The notes: generated by a model from the letters alone, not told the origin. A DNA stretch of 45,771 bases from Pirellulaceae bacterium (GCA_044238045.1 JBIIEC010000001.1:1-45771), one strand, 5' to 3'. Shown: positions 8,582 to 19,201, counted from the first letter of the stretch. Program-made: numbers and translations.

Positions 8582-8849
8582 AAGGTCAGTTGTTTAACGT
8601 GGAACCTCGCCAGGTTGCCTGGGTTTCCTGTTGGGAACGGACGGTCAGAAGGACGGTTTGCCGGGGATTGGGTTGCGGCGGGGCGGGCGACCGGGACGGT
8701 CGCGCTCCAGCCTGCAAGGTCCTTTGTTTGACGAGTTAGTTCGCCAGGTTGCCTGGGTTTCCTGTTGGGATCGGACGGTCAGAAGGACGGTTTGCCGGGG
8801 ATTGGGTTGCGGCGGGGCGGGCGACCGGGACGGTCGCGCTCCAGCCTGC
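8582..8849. repeat. 134-bp tandem duplication (2 units) with 108/109-identical cores
   Basis: Units at 8582-8715 and 8716-8849. The cores 8607-8715 and 8741-8849 differ at one base. The 25-bp leaders are diverged and carry parS-like 16-mers (8591-8606, 8725-8740). Each core has the hairpins ccagg-ttg-cctgg and gcgaccg-gga-cggtcgc. Confidence 0.9.
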
Positions 8850-8876
8850 TTCGCCAATCTCGCTCCATCTGGCGTG

Positions 8877-10193
8877 CTATTCCAGCGGGTTGAAGACCAG
8901 GCCGCTCAGCAGCTTCGGGTAGAAGTAGGTGCTCTTGGCCGGCATCCGTTCGCCATGTTCGCTGACGGCGCGGATGTGGTCGATCGTGGCCGGCATCACC
9001 AGGGCTGCCAGCGAAAACTCGGGCTGCGCTGGCGAGTCGTTCTCCAGGAAGTCCACCAGTTCGCTCACCAGATGCACATACTCGGGCTTCGGCAGGTTCT
9101 TCAGGTCGAGCAGCGTGTCCATCACCAGTCGGTGCAGCATCGCCACGCCCAGGCCTTGCCAGTCGCCACTGTGGTCCGTCGCCACCTCGGCCATCTTCTG
9201 CCGGCCGGCCTCCGTGATTTGAGCCAGCACCCAGCGGCCATCCTTCGCCGTGAAGAACGCAAACTGACCCTGCTCGCCGTCGGCCTCGATCTGGTCCCAC
9301 AGCGATTCGGCCAGATCGGTGCCTTCGCCCGCCAGCCGGCAGTGGAAGTAGCTGCCCAGTTTGGCGACCAGCTGTTCGGAGGTCATCGGCGGCACGCCGC
9401 GGAACAGGCGGTGCGTCGGCAGCACGACCATGCCCGGATCGCTCATGCCGACGCACATCATCAGCACGTAATGCGCCGGGTGCTCGGGCGGCAACGGCGA
9501 CTGCCGATTCAGCTCATCGCGATAGTTGCAGGCCGTCTCGTAACGATGGTGGCCATCGGCGATGAACGTGGGCTTGCCCGCCATCGCGGCCATCACGGCG
9601 GAGATCACTTGGACGTCCGTGACAGGCCACATGCGGTGCACCACGCCCAGGTGGTCGACCGCTTCCAGCGGCGTCTTCTCGATGATGTGCTCTTCGAGCA
9701 GGTTCTGGGCGACCGTGTCCGGGTCGGGATAGAGGCCGAAGATCTGGCTGAGATTCGTGCGACAGGCCCGCGTCAGCTTGAGCCGGTCTTCCTTCGCCGA
9801 CGCGTGCGTCTCTTCGTGCGGGTAGATCGAGCCTTCGCCGAAGCGTTCCAGCCGCGTGCGGCACATGAAGCCCTTGCGCGTGTGCGGCCGGCCGGCATAC
9901 TCGAACGTCTGGTGGTAGACATACAGCGCCGGATCCGACTCCAGCCGCAGCAGGCCTTGGTCGCGCCACTGCTTGAGGAACCGGGCCGCTCTCGTGTACC
10001 GATTCGACTGCTCGTCATCCCCCGGTTCGTCGCGATTCAGTTCCAGCCGGATCACATTCGCCGGATGACGCTCGTACAGGCGGTCGCGCAGCCCGTCGTC
10101 AATTACATCGTAGGGCGGGGCGATCACGTCGCTCAGCGATCCGACGTGTCCGAGGTCATAGCGAAGTCCGCGAAAGGCTTGGATCTGTGGCAT
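8877..10193 (-). CDS. DUF1015 domain-containing protein
   Basis: From the ATG at 10193: MPQIQAFRGLRYDLGHVGSLSDVIAPPYDVIDD..., IADGHHRYETA and STYFYPKLLSGLVFNPLE, all typical of DUF1015. The upstream 28 codons of the track ORF are probably not translated. Confidence 0.85.
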   Translation of the reverse strand: MPQIQAFRGLRYDLGHVGSLSDVIAPPYDVIDDGLRDRLYERHPANVIRLELNRDEPGDDEQSNRYTRAARFLKQWRDQGLLRLESDPALYVYHQTFEYAGRPHTRKGFMCRTRLERFGEGSIYPHEETHASAKEDRLKLTRACRTNLSQIFGLYPDPDTVAQNLLEEHIIEKTPLEAVDHLGVVHRMWPVTDVQVISAVMAAMAGKPTFIADGHHRYETACNYRDELNRQSPLPPEHPAHYVLMMCVGMSDPGMVVLPTHRLFRGVPPMTSEQLVAKLGSYFHCRLAGEGTDLAESLWDQIEADGEQGQFAFFTAKDGRWVLAQITEAGRQKMAEVATDHSGDWQGLGVAMLHRLVMDTLLDLKNLPKPEYVHLVSELVDFLENDSPAQPEFSLAALVMPATIDHIRAVSEHGERMPAKSTYFYPKLLSGLVFNPLE

Positions 10194-10218
10194 GGTGACG
10201 TCTTCTCTGCGTTTTTCC

Positions 10219-10255
10219 CAATAAAAATGGCTCCGGTTGTTATGCCGGAGCCATT
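10219..10255 (-). terminator. Rho-independent terminator downstream of ahcY
   Basis: On the minus strand, an 11-bp stem aatggctccgg / ccggagccatt with an 8-nt loop is followed by TTTTTATT (plus-strand hairpin 10226-10255, A-run 10221-10227). Confidence 0.8.
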
Positions 10256-10325
10256 CGCGTCTGTCAATGAGTCGCACCGCCGTGCGTCACACGGCGGCCG
10301 AGCAACTCGGCTGCGTGCCGAGCGT

Positions 10326-11669
10326 CTAGTAGCGGTAGTAGTCGGGCTTGAACGGTCCTTCGACCGGCACGCCCAGGTAGTCGGCCTGGTCGTCCGTCAG
10401 CGTCGTCAGCTTCACGCCCAACTGGTCCAGGTGCAGCCGCGCGACCTCTTCATCGAGGTGCTTGGGCAGCACATGCACGCCGATCGAGTACTTCTCTCCC
10501 TCGGTCCACAGAGCCAGCTGCGCCAGCACCTGGTTGGTGAACGAGTTCGACATCACGAACGACGGATGGCCGGTGGCGCAGCCGAGGTTCACGAGGCGGC
10601 CTTCCGCCAGGATGATGATGGAGCGTCCGTTGGCGAACGTGTAGCGATCCACCAGCGGCTTGATGTTGACGCACTCCACGTCCCGCTGCGAGTTCAGCCA
10701 CTTCATGTCGATCTCGAGATCGAAGTGCCCGATGTTGCAGACGATGGCGTCGTTCGGCATCACCTTCATGTGCTCGCCGCGGATGATGTCGCGGCAGCCG
10801 GTGGTCGTGACGAAGATGTTGGCGATCGGAGCGGCTTCTTCCATGGTCGTGACCTGGAAGCCTTCCATCACGGCCTGCAGCGCGTTGATCGGATCGATTT
10901 CGGTCACGATCACGCGGGCGCCATAACGCTGCAGCGAGTGGGCGCAGCCCTTGCCGACGTCACCGTATCCGGCCACCACGGCCACCTTGCCGGCAACCAT
11001 CACGTCCGTCGCCCGCTTGATGCCGTCCACGAGCGACTCGCGGCAGCCGTACAGGTTGTCGAACTTGCTCTTGGTCACCGAGTCGTTGACGTTGATCGCC
11101 GGCAGCTTCAGCTCGCCGCGCTGGATCATCTTCCGCAGCTCCTTGATGCCCGTCGTGGTCTCTTCCGAGAGCCCGCGGATGCCATCGAGAAGTTCCGGGT
11201 GCTGCTTGTGGACGAGCGCCGTGAGGTCACCGCCGTCGTCCAGGATCATGTTCAGCGGCTGGCCGTCCGGGAAGATCACCGTCTGCTCGACGCACCAGTC
11301 ATACTCCTCGTCCGTCTCGCCCTTCCAGGCGTAGACGGGCACGCCCGTGGCCGCGATCGCCGCGGCGGCGTGGTCCTGCGTCGAGAACTTGTTGCAGCTG
11401 CTCCAGGTCACTTCCGCGCCGAGCGCCGTCAGCGTCTCGATCAGCACGGCGGTCTGGATCGTCATGTGGAGGCAACCGGCGATGCGGGCACCTTCGAGCG
11501 GCTTGGAGGGTCCGTACTTGCGACGCAGGGCCATCAGGCCGGGCATCTCGTTTTCCGCGAGCATGATCTCGCGGCGACCCCATTCGGCCAGTGACATGTC
11601 TTTGACTTTGTACGGAACACGCGTTTCAACTTGGGCCACAATCGCCTCCTGAAGCTGTGAACTTGTCAT
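10326..11669 (-). CDS. ahcY: Adenosylhomocysteinase (S-adenosyl-L-homocysteine hydrolase)
   Basis: [33 protein letters not shown], a [11 protein letters not shown]-binding motif and the C-terminal KPDYYRY. The ATG at 11669 (MTSSQLQ...) gives 447 aa. ATG 11705 is an alternative. The track ORF is over-extended to 12128. Confidence 0.93.
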   Translation of the reverse strand: MTSSQLQEAIVAQVETRVPYKVKDMSLAEWGRREIMLAENEMPGLMALRRKYGPSKPLEGARIAGCLHMTIQTAVLIETLTALGAEVTWSSCNKFSTQDHAAAAIAATGVPVYAWKGETDEEYDWCVEQTVIFPDGQPLNMILDDGGDLTALVHKQHPELLDGIRGLSEETTTGIKELRKMIQRGELKLPAINVNDSVTKSKFDNLYGCRESLVDGIKRATDVMVAGKVAVVAGYGDVGKGCAHSLQRYGARVIVTEIDPINALQAVMEGFQVTTMEEAAPIANIFVTTTGCRDIIRGEHMKVMPNDAIVCNIGHFDLEIDMKWLNSQRDVECVNIKPLVDRYTFANGRSIIILAEGRLVNLGCATGHPSFVMSNSFTNQVLAQLALWTEGEKYSIGVHVLPKHLDEEVARLHLDQLGVKLTTLTDDQADYLGVPVEGPFKPDYYRY

Positions 11670-11900
11670 GGTGGCCGCCTGGTCTGGGGCGGCCGAAGAT
11701 TCCATTCCGAATTGGAAACGACGCGGACCAGATCCGGGTCCGGCCGGGAACTGATGAAATATAGGCATCAGCCCGAGTCTCGCAACCCGCGGGAAGGCCG
11801 CTTCCGACCGATCCGCAGCCTTTTGCCTGTCTTTTTGGAAAATGAATGGAGCTTTTCTGGCAAAGGGCCGGGCGGTCCGGATCGCCAACCTGGCGGTTGA

Positions 11901-11924
11901 ACGAAAAGCCAACGGCCGTGGCTT
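11901..11924 (-). terminator. Possible terminator hairpin downstream of trpF
   Basis: Minus strand reads aagcca-cggccgt-tggctt followed by ttcgtt (U-rich when read with the stem end). The stem is short (6 bp), so this is tentative. Confidence 0.4.
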
Positions 11925-11982
11925 GGTTTCAACGCCCAGGACGGGAGGATTGCCCGTGTACCCTCCCCGACAGTGGCTTGGC

Positions 11983-12741
11983 CTAGCGGCTCGATACGCT
12001 CCGAGCCGCCGCGAGGAACTGTCGAGTTTTTTCCGCGTCTTTTCGGCCTGGTTCGGATTCGACTCCGCTCGCCACGTCGACCGCCTGGGGATGCAGGGCC
12101 CCGATCGCCTCCGCCACGTTCGCCGCATGCAGTCCGCCTGCTAGCACCCAGGGGAGTCCGGGTGTCGCGTCCCCGGTCGCCGCGTCCGCTTCTTGAATCC
12201 TCCGTGGCATGGCAATCCGCCCGCTTCGGCAGCCGCCCTGCGCGGCCAGGTCGTCGGCCAGTCGCTGCCAGGGGAGTGTCTGCCCCGTGCCGCCGAACGC
12301 TCCGGCCTCCTGCGCATCCAGCAGGACCGCGTCCGGCAGGCAGCCCGCGGCCTCCATCGCCTCCAGGAACCGAATCACTTCGGCCAAGCCGCCCTCGCCG
12401 TAGGGCAAGGCCCGCAGCACCCGCAGTCCTGGCAACGCTCGACCAAATTCCGGCGGCTCCTGTCCATGCAGCTGCACCCAGTCGAGGTCGAAACGCGTCA
12501 CTGCATCCCGGATCTCGGACGGCTCCGCGTTCACGAACACGCCTACCAGCACCGGCCGTCGCGGCAGTTCGCGAAGCGTTTTCCGGATCTCGCTGGCCTG
12601 CGGCTCGCCCAGATAGCGACGGCTGCGAGGATAGAAGTTCAACCCGATCGCGGGCACATTCGCCGCCACCAGCGCTCGCAGGTCCTCTCCGCGGGTGACG
12701 CCGCAGATCTTCACATCGAAGGGAAGTCGAGCGGTCGTCAT
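11983..12741 (-). CDS. trpF: Phosphoribosylanthranilate isomerase
   Basis: [12 protein letters not shown]..., [17 protein letters not shown] and DWVQLHG motifs. 252 aa, with an insertion relative to the usual ~210 aa. Confidence 0.85.
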   Translation of the reverse strand: MTTARLPFDVKICGVTRGEDLRALVAANVPAIGLNFYPRSRRYLGEPQASEIRKTLRELPRRPVLVGVFVNAEPSEIRDAVTRFDLDWVQLHGQEPPEFGRALPGLRVLRALPYGEGGLAEVIRFLEAMEAAGCLPDAVLLDAQEAGAFGGTGQTLPWQRLADDLAAQGGCRSGRIAMPRRIQEADAATGDATPGLPWVLAGGLHAANVAEAIGALHPQAVDVASGVESEPGRKDAEKTRQFLAAARSVSSR

Positions 12742-12908
12742 GGGGCTAGGATCCGAACGAGCGTCGGCGGTTCAAGGAGGCGAGCGATCTGCCAGGGCTT
12801 CCGGCAGCGTTCCATCAGGAAAAGAATGATAGAACGAACGGCGCGGTCGCCCAAGATGGGATGGCACACGAGGCATTCGGGCGCGGGCGGTTCCTGGCGC
12901 GGCGAGCG

Positions 12909-13553
12909 TCAGTGGCGGGAGTGTGCTGGCGAAGACCGGTCGTCATCGCGCGGGGCGAGTGTCGCCGCGGCAGCGTGCGACGCAGTGACGTGCGCCGAGG
13001 CAGGTGCGTCCGGCGGTTGCTGGCTCGCGACAGGGCGGGCCGGGATGCCGACGACCGTGGTGCCGGGCGGGACGTCGTGCAGCACGACGGAGTTCGCGCC
13101 GATCACGGCGTCGTCGCCGATCGTGACTCTCCCCAACACCTTGGCGCCCGCTCCGACATTGACGCGTCGCCCCAGGATCGGCGCCTCGAACGGTCGCTCC
13201 AGATAACGGTTTCCCAGGGTGACGCCCTGTCGCAAGACGCAGTCGTCGCCGATGATCGCGTTGCCGTGCACGACGATCGCGCCCTGGTGTTCCACCACGA
13301 CACGTCGACCCAACTGCACGGAGTAGGGCAGTTCGATGCCATAACCGTTTCGGCAGCGGCGATACATCCAGCGATACAGGACGCTGAGGGGCGCTCGCAG
13401 CGGCTTGAAGCGAATCGTCATCCGCCACTGGCCGAAACGACAGACGGCCACGGCGCGGAAGCCCGGCAGCGTCCAGTCGCCCCGGTGCGCGCGCAGGTCC
13501 TCGCGCCAGGTCTGCCAGAGGCTTTGCACGCGGGGCTCCGCCGATTCGCTCAT
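12909..13553 (-). CDS. Hexapeptide-repeat acyltransferase, serine O-acetyltransferase-like (CysE/WcaB family)
   Basis: Left-handed beta-helix repeats (IVVHGNAIIGDDCVLRQGVTLG..., VNVGAGAKVLGRVTIGDDAVIGANSVV) with an Ala/Pro-rich tail. The start overlaps the stop of the upstream GT2 gene by 4 nt (ATGA). Confidence 0.8.
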   Translation of the reverse strand: MSESAEPRVQSLWQTWREDLRAHRGDWTLPGFRAVAVCRFGQWRMTIRFKPLRAPLSVLYRWMYRRCRNGYGIELPYSVQLGRRVVVEHQGAIVVHGNAIIGDDCVLRQGVTLGNRYLERPFEAPILGRRVNVGAGAKVLGRVTIGDDAVIGANSVVLHDVPPGTTVVGIPARPVASQQPPDAPASAHVTASHAAAATLAPRDDDRSSPAHSRH

Positions 13554-14530
13554 GCAGGGAAACCCTTCACGAAGACGCTGTGCCGGAGTGAGTCCCAGAG
13601 GAACTTGGGCGGGTCGAAGTCCTTCTTGCGTTCCAGAACGCGGCGGACTTGCCAGATCGACAGGCCGACCAATGTCGCCAGGTCGCAGGCCAGCAGGTAC
13701 GGTCGCCCATGGTTCTTGACGAAATATCGTCGCCGCGACTCAAACCAGTAGGTTGGCCGCCGCTTTCGTTCCGCTCGCTGGTTCGTCACGCCCGACGCCT
13801 GGCCCACCAGGTGCACAATGCGGCTTTGCGGCGCATACCAGCAGGTCCACCCCGCCCGCCGTGCGCGGCGGCAGAAGTCGACCTCTTCGAAGTACATGAA
13901 GTATTCCGCGTCGAGCAGGCCGATGGCGTCGAACACTTCGCGACGAATCAGCATGCTCGCGCCCGACACCCAGTCCATGGCGACCTCCGCACTCGGAGGA
14001 GGCGGCGCGATGACGTAGCGGTGCAGCAGTCGCGAGACGAGTCCCAGGCGCAGCGTGTCGTCCAGTTCGCTCGCCACCGTCGGGAACCGAAACGCCGATC
14101 GCTGTGCCGTGCCGTCCGGATCCTCGCAGCGACTGCCCACGATGCCGACGTGCGGATTCCGCTGCAGGAAGTCCACCAGCTCGCGAATCGCCCGCGGTCG
14201 GATGTAGGTGTCCGGGTTGAGCAGCAGCACGAAGTCGGGCGGATCGTCGGAAGCCAGCCGCTCCCGGATCGCTTCATTGTTCCCGTAAGCGAATCCGCCG
14301 TTGCGCGGCAGCGGCTTCAACTCGATCCAGTCCGCGTGGCCCGACTGCCCGATGTATTCGGAAAGCTGCCGTACCGAGTCGTCCGGCGACTGGTTGTCGG
14401 TCACCACGACCTCCAAGCCGGGCACGAGCTGCCGTTCGGGAAGGATCGACTTCAGGCAGTCGATCGTCATCGCCGGCGTGCGGTAGTTGACGATCGCCAC
14501 GAGGACGCGAGGGTAGGAACGGGCGGGCAT
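13550..14530 (-). CDS. Family 2 glycosyltransferase
   Basis: From the ATG at 14530: MPARSYPRVLVAIVNYRTPAMTIDCL..VVVTDNQSPDDS..., NGGFAYGNN and LLLNPDT. The track ORF is over-extended by 138 codons. Confidence 0.85.
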   Translation of the reverse strand: MPARSYPRVLVAIVNYRTPAMTIDCLKSILPERQLVPGLEVVVTDNQSPDDSVRQLSEYIGQSGHADWIELKPLPRNGGFAYGNNEAIRERLASDDPPDFVLLLNPDTYIRPRAIRELVDFLQRNPHVGIVGSRCEDPDGTAQRSAFRFPTVASELDDTLRLGLVSRLLHRYVIAPPPPSAEVAMDWVSGASMLIRREVFDAIGLLDAEYFMYFEEVDFCRRARRAGWTCWYAPQSRIVHLVGQASGVTNQRAERKRRPTYWFESRRRYFVKNHGRPYLLACDLATLVGLSIWQVRRVLERKKDFDPPKFLWDSLRHSVFVKGFPA

Positions 14531-14852
14531 GGCAGGGGACCAAGGATCGTGGTGGGCAGGACACGCGAGCGAGGGACATGCCGCACGACGCGGAGTCTGT
14601 CCAAGGGTAATGCAGGTCGGGTGGCGCGACGCGGGAGCAGCCGCACGGGCAACAACTATCTGTAGCACGATCCGACCCGTATCTCGGAAGTGGCGGAGAT
14701 GCGTCTTGGTCGGGCGGTAGAAATCGCCGGATTCAGCGGCCGCGCGAGCGGCGAACCGGGAGGAGCCGGGGTAGATTACGCGACAGAAGCCCTGGGGGCG
14801 GGAGGCCGCAAGCGAAACCCGCCTTCGCGTGGGATGGACGGTTCTTCTCGCG

Positions 14853-16130
14853 TCAGGCTGCAGTCCGCGAGGGATATCCGAAAGCCGTTTGCGCTTCGTT
14901 CCAGCGGCGAATCGCGACCGCCACCAGATGCCCGCCAAAAGCAAGAGCCAGCTTCATGGCGGTCTGTACACGCAGGGAGCGGCCGATCATCGGCACGCAG
15001 TTCAGGTCGCAGTCCGGATCCTGGTCGGTGAGGTTCATGGTGGGTGGCACGAAGCCGTCGCGGAGCGCCAAGGTCGTGAGCGCCAGTTCGACGCTGCCGG
15101 AGGCGTTCACGAGATGGCCGAGCATCGACTTCAGGCCGCTGACGCACAGGTCGTCGGCGTGGCCTCCAAACGCCCGGCGGATGCCACGCGTCTCCATCAC
15201 GTCGTTCTGCAGCGTGCCCGTCGCGTGGGCGTTGATGTAGCCGATGTCGGCCGGCGCGAGCTGCACGCGACGCAGGGTATCGCCGATCAACCGCGTCAGC
15301 GCTTCGCTCTCCAGATCCAACCCTGTCATGTGGTGCGCATCGGACAGCACCTTGCCGCCCAGCACCTCGGCGTAGATCCGCGCGCCGCGGGCCCGAGCAT
15401 GGCTCGCTCGCTCCAGCATCAGCACCGCCGCGCCCTCGCCCATCACAAAGCCCTGTCGGTGCCGATCAAAGGGCCGGCACGCCGCCGCCGGATCGTCCGC
15501 TTCGGCTAGCACTCGCATGTTCTGGAAACCCGCCGCGAACAACGGGTCGATCGCTTCCGCGCTGCCTGCCATCGCGACGTCACACTGGCCGTCCTGAATG
15601 GCGCGGACCGCCGAAAGAATGTCGATCAAGCCGCTGGCGCACGCCGTGGAGTGGCAGATGCGCGGACCATACAGCCCGTAGTGCGTGGCAATGTTCCAGC
15701 AGGCGCTGTTCGGGAAGAACTGCTCCCAGTTCGAGACGTCGCCCGGTCGGTCAGGCGTCTCGAAACCGTGGAGCTGCCGCAGCCAACGCCAGTCGCCCAT
15801 GTGGCCGCTGATGGCGCAACCACAGCGGTTGCCGTCGATGGCGTCGAGGTCGAGGCCCGAGTCGTCGAGCGCTTCACGAGCGGCCGTCTGCGCCAGGTGA
15901 ATCACCTTCAGCTGTCGCGGCAACGACGGCTCACTGTCGACCACGGCCGCGATCCGCAGGTGTTCCGGCGTGGATTCGCCGGGCCCAATCCGCCGTACTC
16001 CCGATCGGCCCGCGCGGATGGCCTCCCAGGTCGCTTCACGCGAGCCGCCCACCGAACTGATCACTCCGATCCCGGTGATCACCACCGGTTCGCGCAGGCG
16101 GGGTCGGTCTGGTTCGTGGATTCGCAGCAT
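14853..16130 (-). CDS. Beta-ketoacyl-ACP synthase II-like condensing enzyme (divergent, stand-alone)
   Basis: VVITGIGVISSVG; a Cys-His-His triad context (STACASG, NAHATGT, GHLVNASG). No acpP, fabD or fabG neighbours. Confidence 0.8.
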   Translation of the reverse strand: MLRIHEPDRPRLREPVVITGIGVISSVGGSREATWEAIRAGRSGVRRIGPGESTPEHLRIAAVVDSEPSLPRQLKVIHLAQTAAREALDDSGLDLDAIDGNRCGCAISGHMGDWRWLRQLHGFETPDRPGDVSNWEQFFPNSACWNIATHYGLYGPRICHSTACASGLIDILSAVRAIQDGQCDVAMAGSAEAIDPLFAAGFQNMRVLAEADDPAAACRPFDRHRQGFVMGEGAAVLMLERASHARARGARIYAEVLGGKVLSDAHHMTGLDLESEALTRLIGDTLRRVQLAPADIGYINAHATGTLQNDVMETRGIRRAFGGHADDLCVSGLKSMLGHLVNASGSVELALTTLALRDGFVPPTMNLTDQDPDCDLNCVPMIGRSLRVQTAMKLALAFGGHLVAVAIRRWNEAQTAFGYPSRTAA

Positions 16131-16406
16131 CCGCTATCCGTCCTTCGTGGAAGGCGTGGCTCCGTGGGGGAATTCCGGGAGGCGGGGAATACTCGAATCC
16201 CCCGAAGGCCGCCACCCGTGTTTTTTCCCCGTGGCCAAACCTAAAGGGGAATGGGCGAAATGGGCGTATTTGGATGAGTGCTGGTGGCCGCCCGCGAGTC
16301 GCTTTGAATGCCCCGGATTCTCTATCTTTAATTTCGGCGATGTTTACCGATTCCGCGGCCTGCAACCGTTTGCAGCGGACCTCGCGATGGATAGACTACG
16401 AGGGTC

Positions 16407-16509
16407 GTGGGTTGAGAGCCCCTGGGAGGTTCTGGTAGTGTGTTCCTGTGGGGTTGATACCCATAGGGAGTGTCTTGGCAGGAAGCCGCCATGAAGCGAC
16501 GTGGGTTGG
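16407..16509 (+). promoter_or_regulatory. Three GTGGG(G)TTG boxes upstream of or at the 5' edge of mraZ (candidate MraZ operator)
   Basis: gtgggttg at 16407-16414, gtggggttg at 16448-16456 and gtgggttgg at 16501-16509. The function is an inference. Confidence 0.35.
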
Positions 16510-16545
16510 AAGTCGAGCATGAGCGCGAGCATGAGCGAAGGTGCA

Positions 16546-17025
16546 ATGCCGCTGCTGCTGGGCGAATTTCCCAGGACGCTCGACGAACGCTTCCGGCTGT
16601 CGCTTCCTCTCGAACTGGTGGGGCTCTGGGGGGCGGAACCCGACAAGCTCCCCTGCGTGCTGGCGAAGGAGCGCCCGGGCTGCCTCAGTCTCTGGCATGC
16701 TCCGGTCTGGCAGACGCAGATGGAGGCCGGAATGCGGGTGGTGGAGAGCAAACTGCAAGCCGGGCGACTCGGTCATCGCATCGCCCAGGTGCAGACGCTC
16801 GGCCGACTGCTGTCCTCGCGGCATCGGCCCGTGACGCTGGCCGGTCGTGGCCGACTGGTGATCCCCGACGGGTTCCGCGACTTTCTCGCCGCGGAAGCTG
16901 GATCCGAGGTGATGGTGGTGGGCGCTGCCGTGTGCATCGAGATCTGGGAACGCTCGGCGTGGCTCGAATGCCTGCGCGCCGAAATCCCTCAGTTCAGCAG
17001 CCTGCTGGATTCGCTCAGCTCCTGA
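16546..17025 (+). CDS. mraZ: Transcriptional regulator MraZ
   Basis: Two SpoVT/AbrB-like halves (MPLLLGEFPRTLDERFRLSLPLEL... and ...VTLAGRGRLVIPDGFRDFL). The ATG at 16546 gives the family-typical N-terminus. In-frame alternative starts are at 16501, 16519 and 16531. Confidence 0.85.
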   Translation: MPLLLGEFPRTLDERFRLSLPLELVGLWGAEPDKLPCVLAKERPGCLSLWHAPVWQTQMEAGMRVVESKLQAGRLGHRIAQVQTLGRLLSSRHRPVTLAGRGRLVIPDGFRDFLAAEAGSEVMVVGAAVCIEIWERSAWLECLRAEIPQFSSLLDSLSS

Positions 17026-17051
17026 CCGCGTTCGTTTCTACGCCTTCGCAG

Positions 17052-17205
17052 CCCTCAGTCTCGGGAGCAAGTTCGACGCAGCGTTTTACCTGAAGGTACC
17101 CTGCTGGTTGTTCCACGGGGAAGGATGTAAGTCAACGGAGGAATCGGGGTCCGAGGCACGGATGCCTTTTCCGAGTTGCGTCGAGCTTGCTCCCAGGGCT
17201 GAGGG
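17052..17205 (+). repeat. Long-range imperfect inverted repeat: 30-bp stem enclosing 94 nt (candidate structured RNA or MITE-like element)
   Basis: Arm 17052-17081 pairs with arm 17176-17205 as 25 Watson-Crick pairs, 4 G:U pairs (valid only in the plus-strand RNA) and 1 C-A mismatch. The interior contains a small hairpin aggca-cgga-tgcct followed by TTT (17154-17170). Confidence 0.7.
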
Positions 17206-17433
17206 AAGTCGAACGTGGCGGCGATTGAACCACGGGGGATACGGAGAGCACAGAGGCCGAGTGGAATCTCCGCGCTCTTCGTGCCCTCCGTGGGCTCAAG
17301 AACCACGAACGCGACTCGCAAGGTGATCAGCAGAGTCGCCGAGTCCTCAGGCGGTGTTCTCGAGGCAGTCGAAGGCCCTGCGCAGGCCGAGCAGGCGATT
17401 ATCCAGCCGGCGTAGCTGCCTGGGACTCGTTGC

Positions 17434-19041
<1,608 letters not shown>

Positions 19042-19201
19042 CCGCTGCAACGCTCCCGGCAACGAGGACCTCGTCCATCCGCCACTCGCGGCGGTGTGCG
19101 ACGCCCCGACCACCGCCCTGCGGATGCCGGCTGCCCACCGCCCTTCGGGCGCCGGCTGCAAGAACGACGCGCATTCCCAGATTGCCTGCTTGACCCGAAT
19201 T

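Noticed and set aside
8631-11594. Very long ORFs. Plus strand: 8631-11594 (987 aa), 17446-19500, 22976-24235, 24105-25484, 28659-30290, 32473-34413. Minus strand: 70-1719, 19626-22445 (939 aa), 26095-27399, 38739-41426 (895 aa), 44812-45762.
   Set aside because: Each lies antisense to a gene with unmistakable family motifs (ahcY, pyrG, uvrC, pgm, glgP, serS, glmS, acs and others). Their translations are Arg/Ala/Gly/His/Asp/Val-rich, low in Lys/Ile/Phe/Tyr, and contain no recognisable domains. This is the stop-codon-poor antisense frame typical of high-GC genomes.
11670-11982. SAH riboswitch upstream of ahcY.
   Set aside because: The leader has several small hairpins, one of which abuts the start codon (ggccgc...gcggcc). 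I could not recognise the conserved SAH-riboswitch sequence blocks. This needs an Rfam scan and cannot be claimed.
10326-12128. 5' over-extended track ORFs: 10326-12128, 13550-14944, 17434-19284, 19202-20116, 26083-27594, 27623-28714, 31266-32654, 41732-43252, 43331-44413, 8877-10277, 35533-35958.
   Set aside because: The extensions are Arg/Pro/Ser-rich, overlap neighbouring genes or intergenic repeats, and precede an internal ATG that reproduces the family-typical N-terminus. I trimmed the starts accordingly.
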